From an uncultured Acidobacteriota bacterium (GTDB lineage: Bacteria; Acidobacteriota; Terriglobia; Acidiferrales; UBA7541): a DNA stretch of 64,000 bases. The notes under the pieces were generated by a model. It was not told the origin of the DNA, did not search any database, and worked only from the letters and a program-made list of their open reading frames with translations. The position numbers and the translations under genes were made by a program. The stretch spans positions 107,142 to 171,141 of the forward strand of contig CAWIIJ010000012.1 of assembly GCA_963836145.1 (NCBI GenBank), in the 5' to 3' direction. Of this stretch, positions 17,007 through 25,827 are shown piece after piece. The stretch's first letter is position 1. Every line of letters starts with the position of its first letter.

Positions 17007-18602
17007 ATGAATCGAATCGGCAACGTGTTAACCCTGGTCCTCTTTTGCTCTGCGTTTGCGTTCGGCGCGTCGGACGGGACGATTTCCGGCGTGATAAAGG
17101 GTCCGGCTGGAGCGGCCTTTCGCGGAGCATTCGTGCACGCCCAGAACACGCAATCCAAAATTACGGTGGAAGTTTTGTCCGACAACCAGGGACGCTACCG
17201 CATCCGGAACCTGCCTCCCGGAGAATATAACGTCGGCGTCACAGCGCCGGGCTACAAGAGCGACGCGCGTCGCGACCTGAAGCTTGCCGCCGGAGATTCC
17301 CCCGCGCTCGATTTCTCGCTGCAATACGGCACGGTGCGCTGGAGCGATCTTTCCCTCTATCAGGGCAAGGCGCTGATGCCTGCCAGCAAAGGCAAAGATA
17401 TACTGACGGGGAACTGTTTCGCGTGCCACGGATTCCAAACCCGCATGGCCGCGGTGAAACGCGATCATGACGGCTGGACGCAGGCGGTCAACTACATGCT
17501 GACCACTCGCCACGCGCGCCTCGGCAATCACATCGATGACCGGGACGCCGCGGTGCTCACGAACTACTTGGACAATGCTTTCGGAGTCGAATCGAAGTTG
17601 CCGAAATCGCCCGTCGACATGCCGGGATATAAGGCGACTCTGCGTCCCGTCAGCGACGAAGGCTTGAAAATCACCTACGTTGAATACGATATGCCCGGGC
17701 CGAATCGCATGCCCTTCAGCGCGGCACCCGACAAAGACGGCAAACTTTGGATTCCCGACATGGGTTCGGTGAACACCATCGGATGGCTTGACCCGGACAC
17801 CGGCGCGATCCAGGAATTTAAGGCTCCGAACTCGTTTCCGGCGGGCATTCACTCGGCGATTCCCGCGCCGGATGGCTCCGTCTGGCTCTCCGAGCAGGCG
17901 GCAAACAAGGTTGGCCGCTGGGATCCGAAAACGAAGCAGATTACGGAGTACCAGGATACGTACAAGCAGGGAATGGAAGGGCTCGAGGATGGCGGTTCAA
18001 AGCACACCGTGCGCGTGGATGCCAAAGGGCGTGTGTGGGGAACGGCCGTGTTCAATAATCTGACCGTATACGATCCGAAGAATAATGAATTTTCGCACTT
18101 TCCGGACACGTTTTCGCCCTACGGGCTGGAACTGGACAAGAGCGGCAATGTCTGGTTTGCCGAATTTTACCCGCAGGGAAAAATCGGCATGGTAGACGGG
18201 AACACCGGGAAGGTCACCAAATGGGATCCGCCGACCAAAGGAGGCTGGCCGCGCCGCATCGAAATTGACGACGACGGCATCGTCTGGTTCGCGGAATATC
18301 AAGGCGGCAAGATCGGGCGCTTCGATCCCAAGACGCAAACGTTTAAGGAATATGACTTGCCCGGACCGCGCGCGACGCCCTACGCGCTGGGCATCGATCG
18401 CGCGCACAACATCTGGTACTCGTCCGACGAAATGGACGTGATCGGACGCCTCAATCCAAAAACCGGCAAAGTCACCGAATATCCCTACGCGCATTCGGAA
18501 AACACGATGAAAGAATTTTTTCTCGATGCGCAGGGCCGCATGTGGTACGGCTCGGCGCCCAACAATAAGGTGGGCTACTTCGTCCCGTCCGACCTGGATT
18601 GA
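17007..18602 (+). CDS. secreted CarboxypepD_reg - cytochrome c - beta-propeller (virginiamycin-B-lyase-like repeats) protein
   Basis: Signal peptide, then GRYRIRNLPPGEYNV (Ig-like domain), a single CFACH haem-c motif, and repeated blades (GKIGRFDPKT, NKVGRWDPKT). ATG 17007 lies 7 nt after GGGGAGG. Confidence 0.8.
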   Translation: MNRIGNVLTLVLFCSAFAFGASDGTISGVIKGPAGAAFRGAFVHAQNTQSKITVEVLSDNQGRYRIRNLPPGEYNVGVTAPGYKSDARRDLKLAAGDSPALDFSLQYGTVRWSDLSLYQGKALMPASKGKDILTGNCFACHGFQTRMAAVKRDHDGWTQAVNYMLTTRHARLGNHIDDRDAAVLTNYLDNAFGVESKLPKSPVDMPGYKATLRPVSDEGLKITYVEYDMPGPNRMPFSAAPDKDGKLWIPDMGSVNTIGWLDPDTGAIQEFKAPNSFPAGIHSAIPAPDGSVWLSEQAANKVGRWDPKTKQITEYQDTYKQGMEGLEDGGSKHTVRVDAKGRVWGTAVFNNLTVYDPKNNEFSHFPDTFSPYGLELDKSGNVWFAEFYPQGKIGMVDGNTGKVTKWDPPTKGGWPRRIEIDDDGIVWFAEYQGGKIGRFDPKTQTFKEYDLPGPRATPYALGIDRAHNIWYSSDEMDVIGRLNPKTGKVTEYPYAHSENTMKEFFLDAQGRMWYGSAPNNKVGYFVPSDLD

Positions 18603-18607
18603 ATTCA

Positions 18608-18631
18608 GTAGCACAGGCTTTCAGCCTGTGC
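18608..18631. repeat. REP-like palindrome R1 (GTAGCACAGGCTTTCAGCCTGTGC)
   Basis: Sits immediately after the stop at 18602 and may act as a terminator. Confidence 0.85.
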
Positions 18632-18762
18632 GATTTGAATTTTGACGCAGGTCAAAAAAGACACACGCTGAAGAACACCTGCTGAAGCCTGTACCAGTTA
18701 GGTCCTCGACGCACCGCTTTTCGGCTTGGCTTGCTTTGATCTTGACGGGATGGAACTTCGGC

Positions 18763-18772
18763 GGTGTATGAT
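18763..18772 (+). promoter_or_regulatory. conserved GGTGTATGAT box (-10-like TATGAT) upstream of A1
   Basis: The same box recurs at 20373-20382 and 21268-21277, each 52-56 nt before the start codon. TTGACG lies 19 nt upstream here. Confidence 0.35.
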
Positions 18773-18823
18773 TCATTCCAATTGAATCTGGCACATGACT
18801 TGGGACCGGGGAGGAGTTTGAAA

Positions 18824-19615
18824 ATGCGAAGTAGCGCATTGGGTGTCGTGCTGGCGCTGCCGATTGTTTTCATTTGCGCTCCGGCGGTTTCCGCGCAAAC
18901 CAAGCCGGCGGCTCAAACGCCCGCCTCTTCGGCGCCCTTCGATCCCCATGACTTGTCCGGAGTTTGGAGCCAAGAGCACCCCCGAACGGCTCCGGTCGTG
19001 GAGCGCTATTGGAATTATGAGTTCAGCAAGGAACCGCCTCCCATGACGGCCTGGGGAAAGGCGCAGTTCGACGCGGCGAAATCCTCGTTCGGGCTTCACA
19101 CGTATCCCCTTGCGGAAACGAACGATCCTCTTTATCACAGCTGCACTCCGCCCGGACTGCCGCGCGTCTATCTGCATCCTTTCCCAATGGAAATTGTGCA
19201 GATGCCCGGAGAAATATTGATCCTGTTTGAGTACGACTCTCTCCGCCACCCGATTTACACGGACGGTCGAAAACATGACGAAACTCTGGGTCCGTTGTGG
19301 ATGGGTGACGCCATCGGCCACTGGGAGGGAGACACGCTGGTTGTGGACACCGTGAACTTCAATGACAAGACCTGGATCGACCGCGTCGGGCATCCGCACA
19401 GCGCCGAACTGCACCTCGTCGAGCATATCCGGCGGACTGACCGCGGGCACTTGACGGACGACATCACCATCGAGGACCCCAAGGCCTACACGCGGCCCTG
19501 GACGGCTCACCTGGATTTCATACTCCGGCCGACCTGGACTCTGGGCGAACAGTTCTGCGAGGACGAGCACAGTTTTGAAAACTTCGATAAGGGCGCGGCA
19601 ACGCCGCCGAAATAG
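18824..19615 (+). CDS. secreted protein, unassigned family A, paralog A1 (263 aa)
   Basis: Signal peptide MRSSALGVVLALPIVFICAPAVSA/Q. Family blocks DLSGVW, PPMTAWG, NDPLY..C.PPG.PR, TDGR, GHWEGDTLVV, GHPHS and DPKAYT. ATG behind GGGGAGGAG. Confidence 0.85.
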   Translation: MRSSALGVVLALPIVFICAPAVSAQTKPAAQTPASSAPFDPHDLSGVWSQEHPRTAPVVERYWNYEFSKEPPPMTAWGKAQFDAAKSSFGLHTYPLAETNDPLYHSCTPPGLPRVYLHPFPMEIVQMPGEILILFEYDSLRHPIYTDGRKHDETLGPLWMGDAIGHWEGDTLVVDTVNFNDKTWIDRVGHPHSAELHLVEHIRRTDRGHLTDDITIEDPKAYTRPWTAHLDFILRPTWTLGEQFCEDEHSFENFDKGAATPPK

Positions 19616-19806
19616 ACCTGCACCCTCCATGTGATGGCCGAATCGCGGCGACTGGGTTTTTGTGGTTACAGGGGATCCGCGCGCGACTACGGAGTTGACA
19701 CCACGCAACTTGGATGGGATATTTTGATCAGTTCACTCTTTTGTTGCTGAGTTTCCTCGGCAACCGTAACGTTAATTTGATTCGCTCCTTTTCCGGAGGC
19801 ACGGAA

Positions 19807-20184
19807 ATGAAAAAAATCGCGTTCTTTGTGGCCGTGGCCTTTGCGCCGCTTCTGGTATCGACCCCTGTTCTGGCGCATCACGGGGAAGCGAATTACGATA
19901 CGGACAAAGTCGTGTCCGTAAAGGGCACCGTGTCGGACTTTCAATTCATCAATCCGCACACGCTGATCACCCTGGACGTCAAAAACGACAAGGGCGAGAT
20001 TGAGAAGTGGAACTGCGAAATGAGAAGTCCCACCATGCTGGTCCGCGCGGGCGGTTGGGACAAGAACACGCTCAAGATCGGCGACGTCATCACGGTTTAT
20101 GGTTACCGGGCGAAGAATGGCACGACGGTTATGCGGCTGCAAAAGCTCACGCTCCCGGACGGCACGTTGAAAGACAATCTGTAA
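19807..20184 (+). CDS. secreted small protein, DUF6152-like, paralog B1 (125 aa)
   Basis: MKKIAFFVAVAFAPLLVSTPVLA/HHGEANYD..FINPH..W.CE..SP..L.R.GW..GD. The family name is recalled from memory. Confidence 0.8.
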   Translation: MKKIAFFVAVAFAPLLVSTPVLAHHGEANYDTDKVVSVKGTVSDFQFINPHTLITLDVKNDKGEIEKWNCEMRSPTMLVRAGGWDKNTLKIGDVITVYGYRAKNGTTVMRLQKLTLPDGTLKDNL

Positions 20185-20372
20185 GAGCGGGAAGCTTCGC
20201 CGAGCGGCAGGGCGCTCCGGGGGCGCCCCTGGTTACGGTTGACGAAATTACGTTTGGCGAAACACGCTGCCCGATCCGCGGCCTGATTTTTCCTCAGTGG
20301 TTTCTGTGCTCAATTTGCGCCTCTGATTCTCGTACGCCCTCAGGATTAGTCTTGACCTAGTCGAACCGCTGC

Positions 20373-20382
20373 GGTGTATCAT
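20373..20382 (+). promoter_or_regulatory. conserved GGTGTATCAT box (-10-like TATCAT) upstream of A2
   Basis: Same geometry as the box at 18763 (CTTGAC ... GCGGTGTAT(G/C)AT). It ends 56 nt before ATG 20438. Confidence 0.35.
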
Positions 20383-20437
20383 CGCCTGAAATCTGAATCC
20401 CAATAGACAGTTTTAAGTTTCGGGAGGCGTTCACGAG

Positions 20438-21220
20438 ATGCGAAATCCAATACCCGGCATGGCGTTCGCGTTCGCGATGGTCGTCACCGTCTCGTCGTTG
20501 GCGTCCGCTCAGAGCAAACCGGAATCGGATGCGGCCCCGGCTGTGAGCGTGGACCCATCGCACGATTTGTCAGGTGTCTGGATGAGAAACGCCCCGCCCG
20601 CGACCGGTCTGGAATACTGGGTCTACGAGTTCAGCAAAGAAGATCCTCCCATGACGCCGTGGGGCGAAGCGCAATTCAAAGCGGCCAAGTCCTCGTTCGG
20701 GGATCACCCGTATCCCCTCAACGAAGTGAATGACCCGCTCTACCACAACTGCGCCCCTCCGGGTGTGCCGCGCATTTATCTTCATCCGACGCCCGTGCAG
20801 ATCGTTCCGGCGCCTGGCGAACTGATCATGCTCTTTGAATATGACTTCATCCGGCGCCAGATTTTCATAGATGGCCGCCCGCACGACAAAACTTTCGGGC
20901 CCATGTGGATGGGAGATTCGATCGGACACTGGGAGGGCGACACGCTGGTCGTGGACACCGTGAATTTCAATACCAAGACCTGGCTGGACCGAATGGGCCA
21001 TCCGCACAGCGACGCCCTGCACGTGATCGAACGTTTCCGCCGGCCCGACCACGGGCACTTGTCGCTGGACATCACCATTGACGATCCCAAGGCTTATTCC
21101 AAACCCTGGACGACGCACCTGGATTTCCTGCTCAAGCCGTGGACTCTCGAGGAGCATCTCTGCGTGGACTACGACACCTTCCAGAATGTTGAGAACGGAG
21201 AGACGATGCCAGCGAAATAG
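20438..21220 (+). CDS. secreted protein, family A, paralog A2 (260 aa)
   Basis: Signal peptide ...VSSLASA/QSKP and all family blocks. RBS GGGAGG. Confidence 0.85.
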   Translation: MRNPIPGMAFAFAMVVTVSSLASAQSKPESDAAPAVSVDPSHDLSGVWMRNAPPATGLEYWVYEFSKEDPPMTPWGEAQFKAAKSSFGDHPYPLNEVNDPLYHNCAPPGVPRIYLHPTPVQIVPAPGELIMLFEYDFIRRQIFIDGRPHDKTFGPMWMGDSIGHWEGDTLVVDTVNFNTKTWLDRMGHPHSDALHVIERFRRPDHGHLSLDITIDDPKAYSKPWTTHLDFLLKPWTLEEHLCVDYDTFQNVENGETMPAK

Positions 21221-21267
21221 CCGCGATTCACGCGTTTGATAGATCGGCTGCTGGCTCGATGCGCCGT

Positions 21268-21277
21268 GGTGTATGAT
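21268..21277 (+). promoter_or_regulatory. conserved GGTGTATGAT box upstream of A3
   Basis: Ends 56 nt before GTG 21333. Confidence 0.3.
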
Positions 21278-21332
21278 TTCTCCAAAGCGAGAATTCAAAA
21301 AACGGAATTGGGACTTGCGGAGGTGTTTCGCA

Positions 21333-22124
21333 GTGCGAATTCATAACCTCGCCATTGCTCTCGCGCTCTCGATGCTCGGCAATTGTTCGGTTGTGCTCTT
21401 GGCTCAAACGCAACCGCCATCGAAACCGGCGCAGTCCGCTGCTTCCGGTCAGGTGCCTGACTTGTCAGGAGTTTGGTTCAACGATCATCCCCGGCCGATG
21501 ACCTCCAACGAGCGCTACTGGATCTACAAGTTCACGATAGAAGAGCCTCCCATGACCGCATGGGGCCTGGCGCAATACAACGCCACCAAATCTTCCTTTG
21601 GAACCCGATCGTATCCCCTGGCCGAGACCAACGACCCGCTGTACCACACCTGCGCTCCCCCGGGATTCCCGCGTATTTATCTCCATCCGTTTCCAATGCA
21701 GATCGTTCAAACGCCCAGCGAAGTCATCTTCCTGTTTGAGTACGACTCGATCCGCCACCAGATTTTCACGGACGGGCGCGCGCATGACACGACGCTCGGT
21801 CCACTGTGGATGGGCGACTCGATCGGGCATTGGGAAGGCGACACGCTGGTCGCCGATACGGTGAATTTCAATGACAAGACCTGGCTCGATCGTATCGGTC
21901 ACCCGCACAGCGCGGATCTCCACGTCGTGGAGCGCATCCGGCGAGTGGACCATGACCATTTAGTGGACGACATCACGATCGAAGATCCCAAGGCGTATAC
22001 CCGGCCGTGGACCACTCAGATCGAATTTCTGCTGAAGCCCAAGTGGACTCTCGAAGAACAGTTCTGCGAGGATGAAGAAAGCTTCCAATCGATGGACAAG
22101 GACGCCGCCGCACCAAAAAAGTAG
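21333..22124 (+). CDS. secreted protein, family A, paralog A3 (263 aa)
   Basis: Track ORF trimmed to GTG 21333, 9 nt after GGAGG. Signal peptide VRIHNLAIALALSMLGNCSVVLLA/QTQP. Confidence 0.82.
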   Translation: MRIHNLAIALALSMLGNCSVVLLAQTQPPSKPAQSAASGQVPDLSGVWFNDHPRPMTSNERYWIYKFTIEEPPMTAWGLAQYNATKSSFGTRSYPLAETNDPLYHTCAPPGFPRIYLHPFPMQIVQTPSEVIFLFEYDSIRHQIFTDGRAHDTTLGPLWMGDSIGHWEGDTLVADTVNFNDKTWLDRIGHPHSADLHVVERIRRVDHDHLVDDITIEDPKAYTRPWTTQIEFLLKPKWTLEEQFCEDEESFQSMDKDAAAPKK

Positions 22125-22156
22125 CCATCATGGCGGATCGAGCTAGGAGTTTTGGA

Positions 22157-22948
22157 ATGCGAAAGTATCCACTGGCCATTCTCGTGGCGCTGACGATCGG
22201 CCTGGGTTTCTTGGCCATGGCATCGGCTCAAAACAAACAACCCTCCGCGACGCCAAGCGCCGCCAGTTCGAATCCGGCGCACGATTTGTCGGGCGTATGG
22301 TTTGACGACCATCCGCGGCTCATTCGGGTCATGGATCGATACTGGGCTTACGAATTCACCAAGGAAGAGCCCCCCATGACGGCCTGGGGCGAAGAGCAGT
22401 TCAAGGCGGCCAAACCGTCCTTCGGAACTCGCTCCTATCCTCTCGCGGAATCCAACGATCCCATTTATCACACCTGCGATCCGATCGGATTCCCGCGGAT
22501 TTATCTTTATCCGTTGCCGATGCAGATCGTTCAAAGGCCCGGCGAGGTTATCCTGCTTTTCGAATATGATTCGCTGCGCCATCAGATTTACACGGACGGC
22601 CGCCCGCATGACACAAGTCTCGGCCCTCTTTGGATGGGCGATTCGATCGGCCATTGGGAAGGCGACACGCTGGTCGCCGACACCGTGAATTTGAACAACA
22701 AGACTTGGATCGATCGCATGGGGCACCCGCATAGCGATGCCCTGCACGTGATCGAACGATTTCAGCGCGTGGATCACGATCATCTCGTGGACGACATTAC
22801 CATCGACGACCCCAAGGCCTACACCAGACCATGGACCGCGCATCTCCCGTACGTGCTGAAACCGAAGTGGACTTTGGCCGAAGAGTTTTGTGAGGACGAG
22901 GGCTCCTTCCAGAACATTGAAAACGACGAAACCCAGCCGGCCAAGTAA
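22157..22948 (+). CDS. secreted protein, family A, paralog A4 (263 aa)
   Basis: ATG 22157 behind AGGAG. Signal peptide MRKYPLAILVALTIGLGFLAMASA/QNKQP. Confidence 0.85.
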   Translation: MRKYPLAILVALTIGLGFLAMASAQNKQPSATPSAASSNPAHDLSGVWFDDHPRLIRVMDRYWAYEFTKEEPPMTAWGEEQFKAAKPSFGTRSYPLAESNDPIYHTCDPIGFPRIYLYPLPMQIVQRPGEVILLFEYDSLRHQIYTDGRPHDTSLGPLWMGDSIGHWEGDTLVADTVNLNNKTWIDRMGHPHSDALHVIERFQRVDHDHLVDDITIDDPKAYTRPWTAHLPYVLKPKWTLAEEFCEDEGSFQNIENDETQPAK

Positions 22949-22970
22949 TTAACCGAGAGGTCCCCCCGCA

Positions 22971-23762
22971 ATGCGAAAGCATCTACCCGGAATTGCGTTG
23001 GCATTCGTAACCGCGCTGATTTATTCACCGGGCCCGCGCGCTCAGACCAAACAGCCACCGGACACCCAGAAGGCTCCCGCTTCATTCGATCCGCATGACT
23101 TGACGGGCGTGTGGATGCAGGACCGCCCTCGGTTGCAGACGGTCGTGGCGCGATATTGGATTTATGAGCTGACCCAGGAAGAGCCCCCCATGACCGCGTG
23201 GGGACTGGCGCAGTACAAAGCTGCCAAGTCTTCCTTTGGAACTCATTCATACCCGCTCGCGGAAACGAACGATCCGATCTACCGCAACTGCTATCCCACC
23301 GGCTTCCCGCGCGCTTTTTTTCATGCCTTTCCGCTGCAAATTGTCCAGACACCCGGCGAGGTCATCATGCTTTTCGAGTGGGACTCCCTGCGGCACCAGA
23401 TTTTTACCGATGGGCGCAAGCATGACAGCAGCCTCGGCCCGCTGTGGATGGGCGATTCGATTGGACATTGGGAGGGCGACACGATGGTTGCGGACACCGT
23501 GAATTTCAACGACAAGACCTGGCTGGACCGTATTGGCCACCCCCACAGCGAGGCTTTGCACGTGATCGAACGTATCCGGCGCCCGGATCACGGCCACCTG
23601 GAGGATGAAATCACCATCGACGATCCCAAGGCCTACACTAAGCCGTGGACCGGACGCATCGTTTTTGCGCTGAAGCCCACCTGGACTCTTTCCGAGGAAT
23701 TCTGCGAAGACATCAGCAGCTTTGAAAACATCGAAAAGCAGGAGGTTGCTCCCGCGAAGTAG
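22971..23762 (+). CDS. secreted protein, family A, paralog A5 (263 aa)
   Basis: Signal peptide MRKHLPGIALAFVTALIYSPGPRA/QTKQP. Starts 22 nt after the A4 stop. Confidence 0.85.
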   Translation: MRKHLPGIALAFVTALIYSPGPRAQTKQPPDTQKAPASFDPHDLTGVWMQDRPRLQTVVARYWIYELTQEEPPMTAWGLAQYKAAKSSFGTHSYPLAETNDPIYRNCYPTGFPRAFFHAFPLQIVQTPGEVIMLFEWDSLRHQIFTDGRKHDSSLGPLWMGDSIGHWEGDTMVADTVNFNDKTWLDRIGHPHSEALHVIERIRRPDHGHLEDEITIDDPKAYTKPWTGRIVFALKPTWTLSEEFCEDISSFENIEKQEVAPAK

Positions 23763-23773
23763 CGACTTTGGGA

Positions 23774-23803
23774 TTGACAGATCTCTAATTGAGGTGGGAT
23801 ATT
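23774..23803 (+). promoter_or_regulatory. possible sigma70 promoter TTGACA-N18-GATATT upstream of B2
   Basis: Perfect -35 at 23774-23779 and a weak -10 at 23798-23803. Confidence 0.35.
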
Positions 23804-23882
23804 TCCCTCAGATACTTTCCAAAGTCGCAACTTCAGCGCAATGGTGTGTCGATCTTGGTTGCTGCCTGCAGGAGGCTGGGAA

Positions 23883-24260
23883 ATGAAAACCTGGGTGCTG
23901 GGCCTGGCGATTATGCTTGCGGCTCTTTTTCTGTCGGCGCCGGTCATGGCGCATCATGGCGAAACGAATTATGATACTGACAAACTCGTGAGCGTGAAGG
24001 CCACCGTGACGAGCTTCGAATTCATCAATCCCCACGTGCAGATCACGTTGGAAGCCAAGAATGACAAGGGCGAAACCGAAAAATGGATCTGCGAAGCCCG
24101 CAGCCCGGCGATGCTGGTCCGCAACGGCGGCTGGGATAAAAATACGCTCAAGCCCGGTGACGTGATCACCGCCACCGGTTTTCGCGCCAAAAACGGAACG
24201 AATATCCTGCGCCTGAAAAAAATTGTGCTCTCCAACGGCACGGAGCTGCCCGACCTATAG
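23883..24260 (+). CDS. secreted small protein, DUF6152-like, paralog B2 (125 aa)
   Basis: MKTWVLGLAIMLAALFLSAPVMA/HHGETNYD..FINPH. Very similar to B1 by eye. Confidence 0.8.
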   Translation: MKTWVLGLAIMLAALFLSAPVMAHHGETNYDTDKLVSVKATVTSFEFINPHVQITLEAKNDKGETEKWICEARSPAMLVRNGGWDKNTLKPGDVITATGFRAKNGTNILRLKKIVLSNGTELPDL

Positions 24261-24342
24261 AACGGTCACTGCAGAACGGCCGCGCGGTTCGGAGCCGGCA
24301 ATCACAGCGTAAACGCGTAGATTCAAACTGCGAGGGTGTGGC

Positions 24343-24738
24343 ATGAACTTGAAGACGAAAGCCTCCATTTTCCTGATCGCAAGTTTTCTTCTGGCGAGTG
24401 TCCCGGCGCGGGCGCACCACGGAAATTCGGCTTACGACGAGAGTCATTGGATCACGCTCTCCGGCACGGTCACGGAGTTCGTGTGGTCCAATCCTCATTG
24501 CCAGATTTTTTTGGACGTGAAGGATGACAAGGGTGCCGTCGTAAACTGGGCCATCGAAAGCCAGAGCCCCGGCATTTTGCGGCGGAACAATTGGACCCGC
24601 AATTCCGTCAGGGCCGGCGACCAGATTACCATCACGCTGGCCCCCGCGAAAAACGGAGCGCCCGTCGGCTTTTCCGGAAATCAACTGGGAAAAGTCGTGT
24701 TCGCCGATGGCCACATATTAAAGATGGACATTCGCTAA
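24343..24738 (+). CDS. secreted small protein, DUF6152-like, paralog B3 (131 aa)
   Basis: MNLKTKASIFLIASFLLASVPARA/HHGNSAYD..WSNPH. More divergent than B1 and B2. Confidence 0.8.
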   Translation: MNLKTKASIFLIASFLLASVPARAHHGNSAYDESHWITLSGTVTEFVWSNPHCQIFLDVKDDKGAVVNWAIESQSPGILRRNNWTRNSVRAGDQITITLAPAKNGAPVGFSGNQLGKVVFADGHILKMDIR

Positions 24739-24843
24739 CAGCAGTAGCGCCGGGGTCCCGTCCTGTGCGCTTTTGGCGGCCAAACGTTTGTGCAGCGCCC
24801 GCTGTTCGATTTATCTTTTTCCGCAGCCGGAAAGAGGTCCGAA

Positions 24844-25641
24844 GTGCGAACAAGCCTAAAATCTTCTCTCCCGGCTTTTGCGGCGCTTTTGGCGGCGCTG
24901 ACGCTATTGACCGCCGCCCGCATGTATGCCGCCCCGCGACGAGCCGCCCAGAAATCCCCGGCCATGCCAGCTCCCAAGCGCGACCTGACCGGAGTTTGGC
25001 AACTCCAGAGCAAAGACGGCGGCGCGCAGCCTATCGCGCCAGACGACGACATGCCGCCGATGACGCCCTGGGCGAAGGCCAGATTCGTTGCAGAGAAGCC
25101 TGGATACGGCGCTCGCGGCGCCGCGGGCGGCAATGACCCCATCCTGCAGTGCGATCCGATTGGCTTCCCGCGAATCATGTTGATGCCCACGCCAAATGAA
25201 CTTGTTCAGCTTCCTGATCGAGTCCTCCAGTTCTGGGAGCGCGAACACGAATGGCGTCCCATTTGGACCGACGGCCGCTCGCTGCCCAGCGATCCCGACC
25301 CCACCTGGTACGGTTACGCTATTGGCCACTGGGAAGGTGACGACACTTTCGTCGTGCAATCGGCCGGCTTCAACGACAAAACGTGGCTCGGTCCCACAGG
25401 TTATCCGCACTCCGACGAGATGCAAGTCACGGAACGCTATCATCGCGTGGACCATGACACCATTGTCTACGACATGACCATCACGGATCCAAAGGCCTAC
25501 ACCAAGCCGGTCATGGCGCCTCAGCGAATCATGAAACTAAAGCCCCATGAAGAGATCGAAGAGCAGCCATGTGTCTGGTCGCAAGAAAATGAATTCACCC
25601 AAAGAATCCGGGAGCCCGCAACCCCCAAGCGCCGGCAGTAG
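24844..25641 (+). CDS. secreted protein, family A (divergent subfamily), paralog A6 (265 aa)
   Basis: GTG 24844 behind GGAAAGAGG. Blocks DLTGVW, PPMTPWA, GNDPILQCDPIGFPR, GHWEGDDTFVV, GYPHSDE and DPKAYT. Confidence 0.8.
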   Translation: MRTSLKSSLPAFAALLAALTLLTAARMYAAPRRAAQKSPAMPAPKRDLTGVWQLQSKDGGAQPIAPDDDMPPMTPWAKARFVAEKPGYGARGAAGGNDPILQCDPIGFPRIMLMPTPNELVQLPDRVLQFWEREHEWRPIWTDGRSLPSDPDPTWYGYAIGHWEGDDTFVVQSAGFNDKTWLGPTGYPHSDEMQVTERYHRVDHDTIVYDMTITDPKAYTKPVMAPQRIMKLKPHEEIEEQPCVWSQENEFTQRIREPATPKRRQ

Positions 25642-25682
25642 GACAGGCTACACAGGCTGAGGAGAAAGTACCCAGCCCTGTT

Positions 25683-25765
25683 GTCATTCCAAGAGGAGCG
25701 AGGAATTTCTCTTTCTTTTCTAATAGTCAGGCCCAGGAGAGATTCGTCGCTCCGCTCGGGATGAC
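25683..25765. repeat. R2 inverted-repeat element
   Basis: GTCATTCCAAGAGGAGCGAGGAAT...GATTCGTCGCTCCGCTCGGGATGAC. Same orientation as the 57224 copy and opposite to the 14428 copy. Confidence 0.85.
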
Positions 25766-25827
25766 AAATCGAGTGCTTTCTCCACAGCCTACGGAGCCTG
25801 GCAGCTTTAAATGCACGAACATGCAAA

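Noticed and set aside
18789-18803. Sigma-54-like element TGGCAC-N5-TTGG upstream of A1. A similar TGGCAC-N6-TTGCA occurs at 10561-10577.
   Set aside because: In the first, the -12 element is GG rather than GC, and the predicted start (~18815) falls inside the Shine-Dalgarno sequence. The second has the wrong spacing and abuts the GTG start. No enhancer-binding protein gene is adjacent.
18773-22843. Long minus-strand ORFs antisense to the A-family genes (18773..19708, 20570..21298, 22016..22843, and others).
   Set aside because: These are shadow ORFs typical of high-GC DNA. They have no recognisable motifs, signal peptides or RBS, whereas the plus-strand frames carry conserved family blocks.
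15977-24846. The (A/G)TGCGAA start context shared by all A genes as an array-specific signal.
   Set aside because: The unrelated binding-protein gene at 15977 also starts ATGCGAA. It most likely just reflects Met-Arg at the start of signal peptides.
25639-25665. GTAGGACAGGCTACACAGGCTGAGG after the A6 stop as a further R1 copy.
   Set aside because: It is degenerate and no longer forms a convincing hairpin. It is probably a decayed remnant, so it is not listed as a feature.
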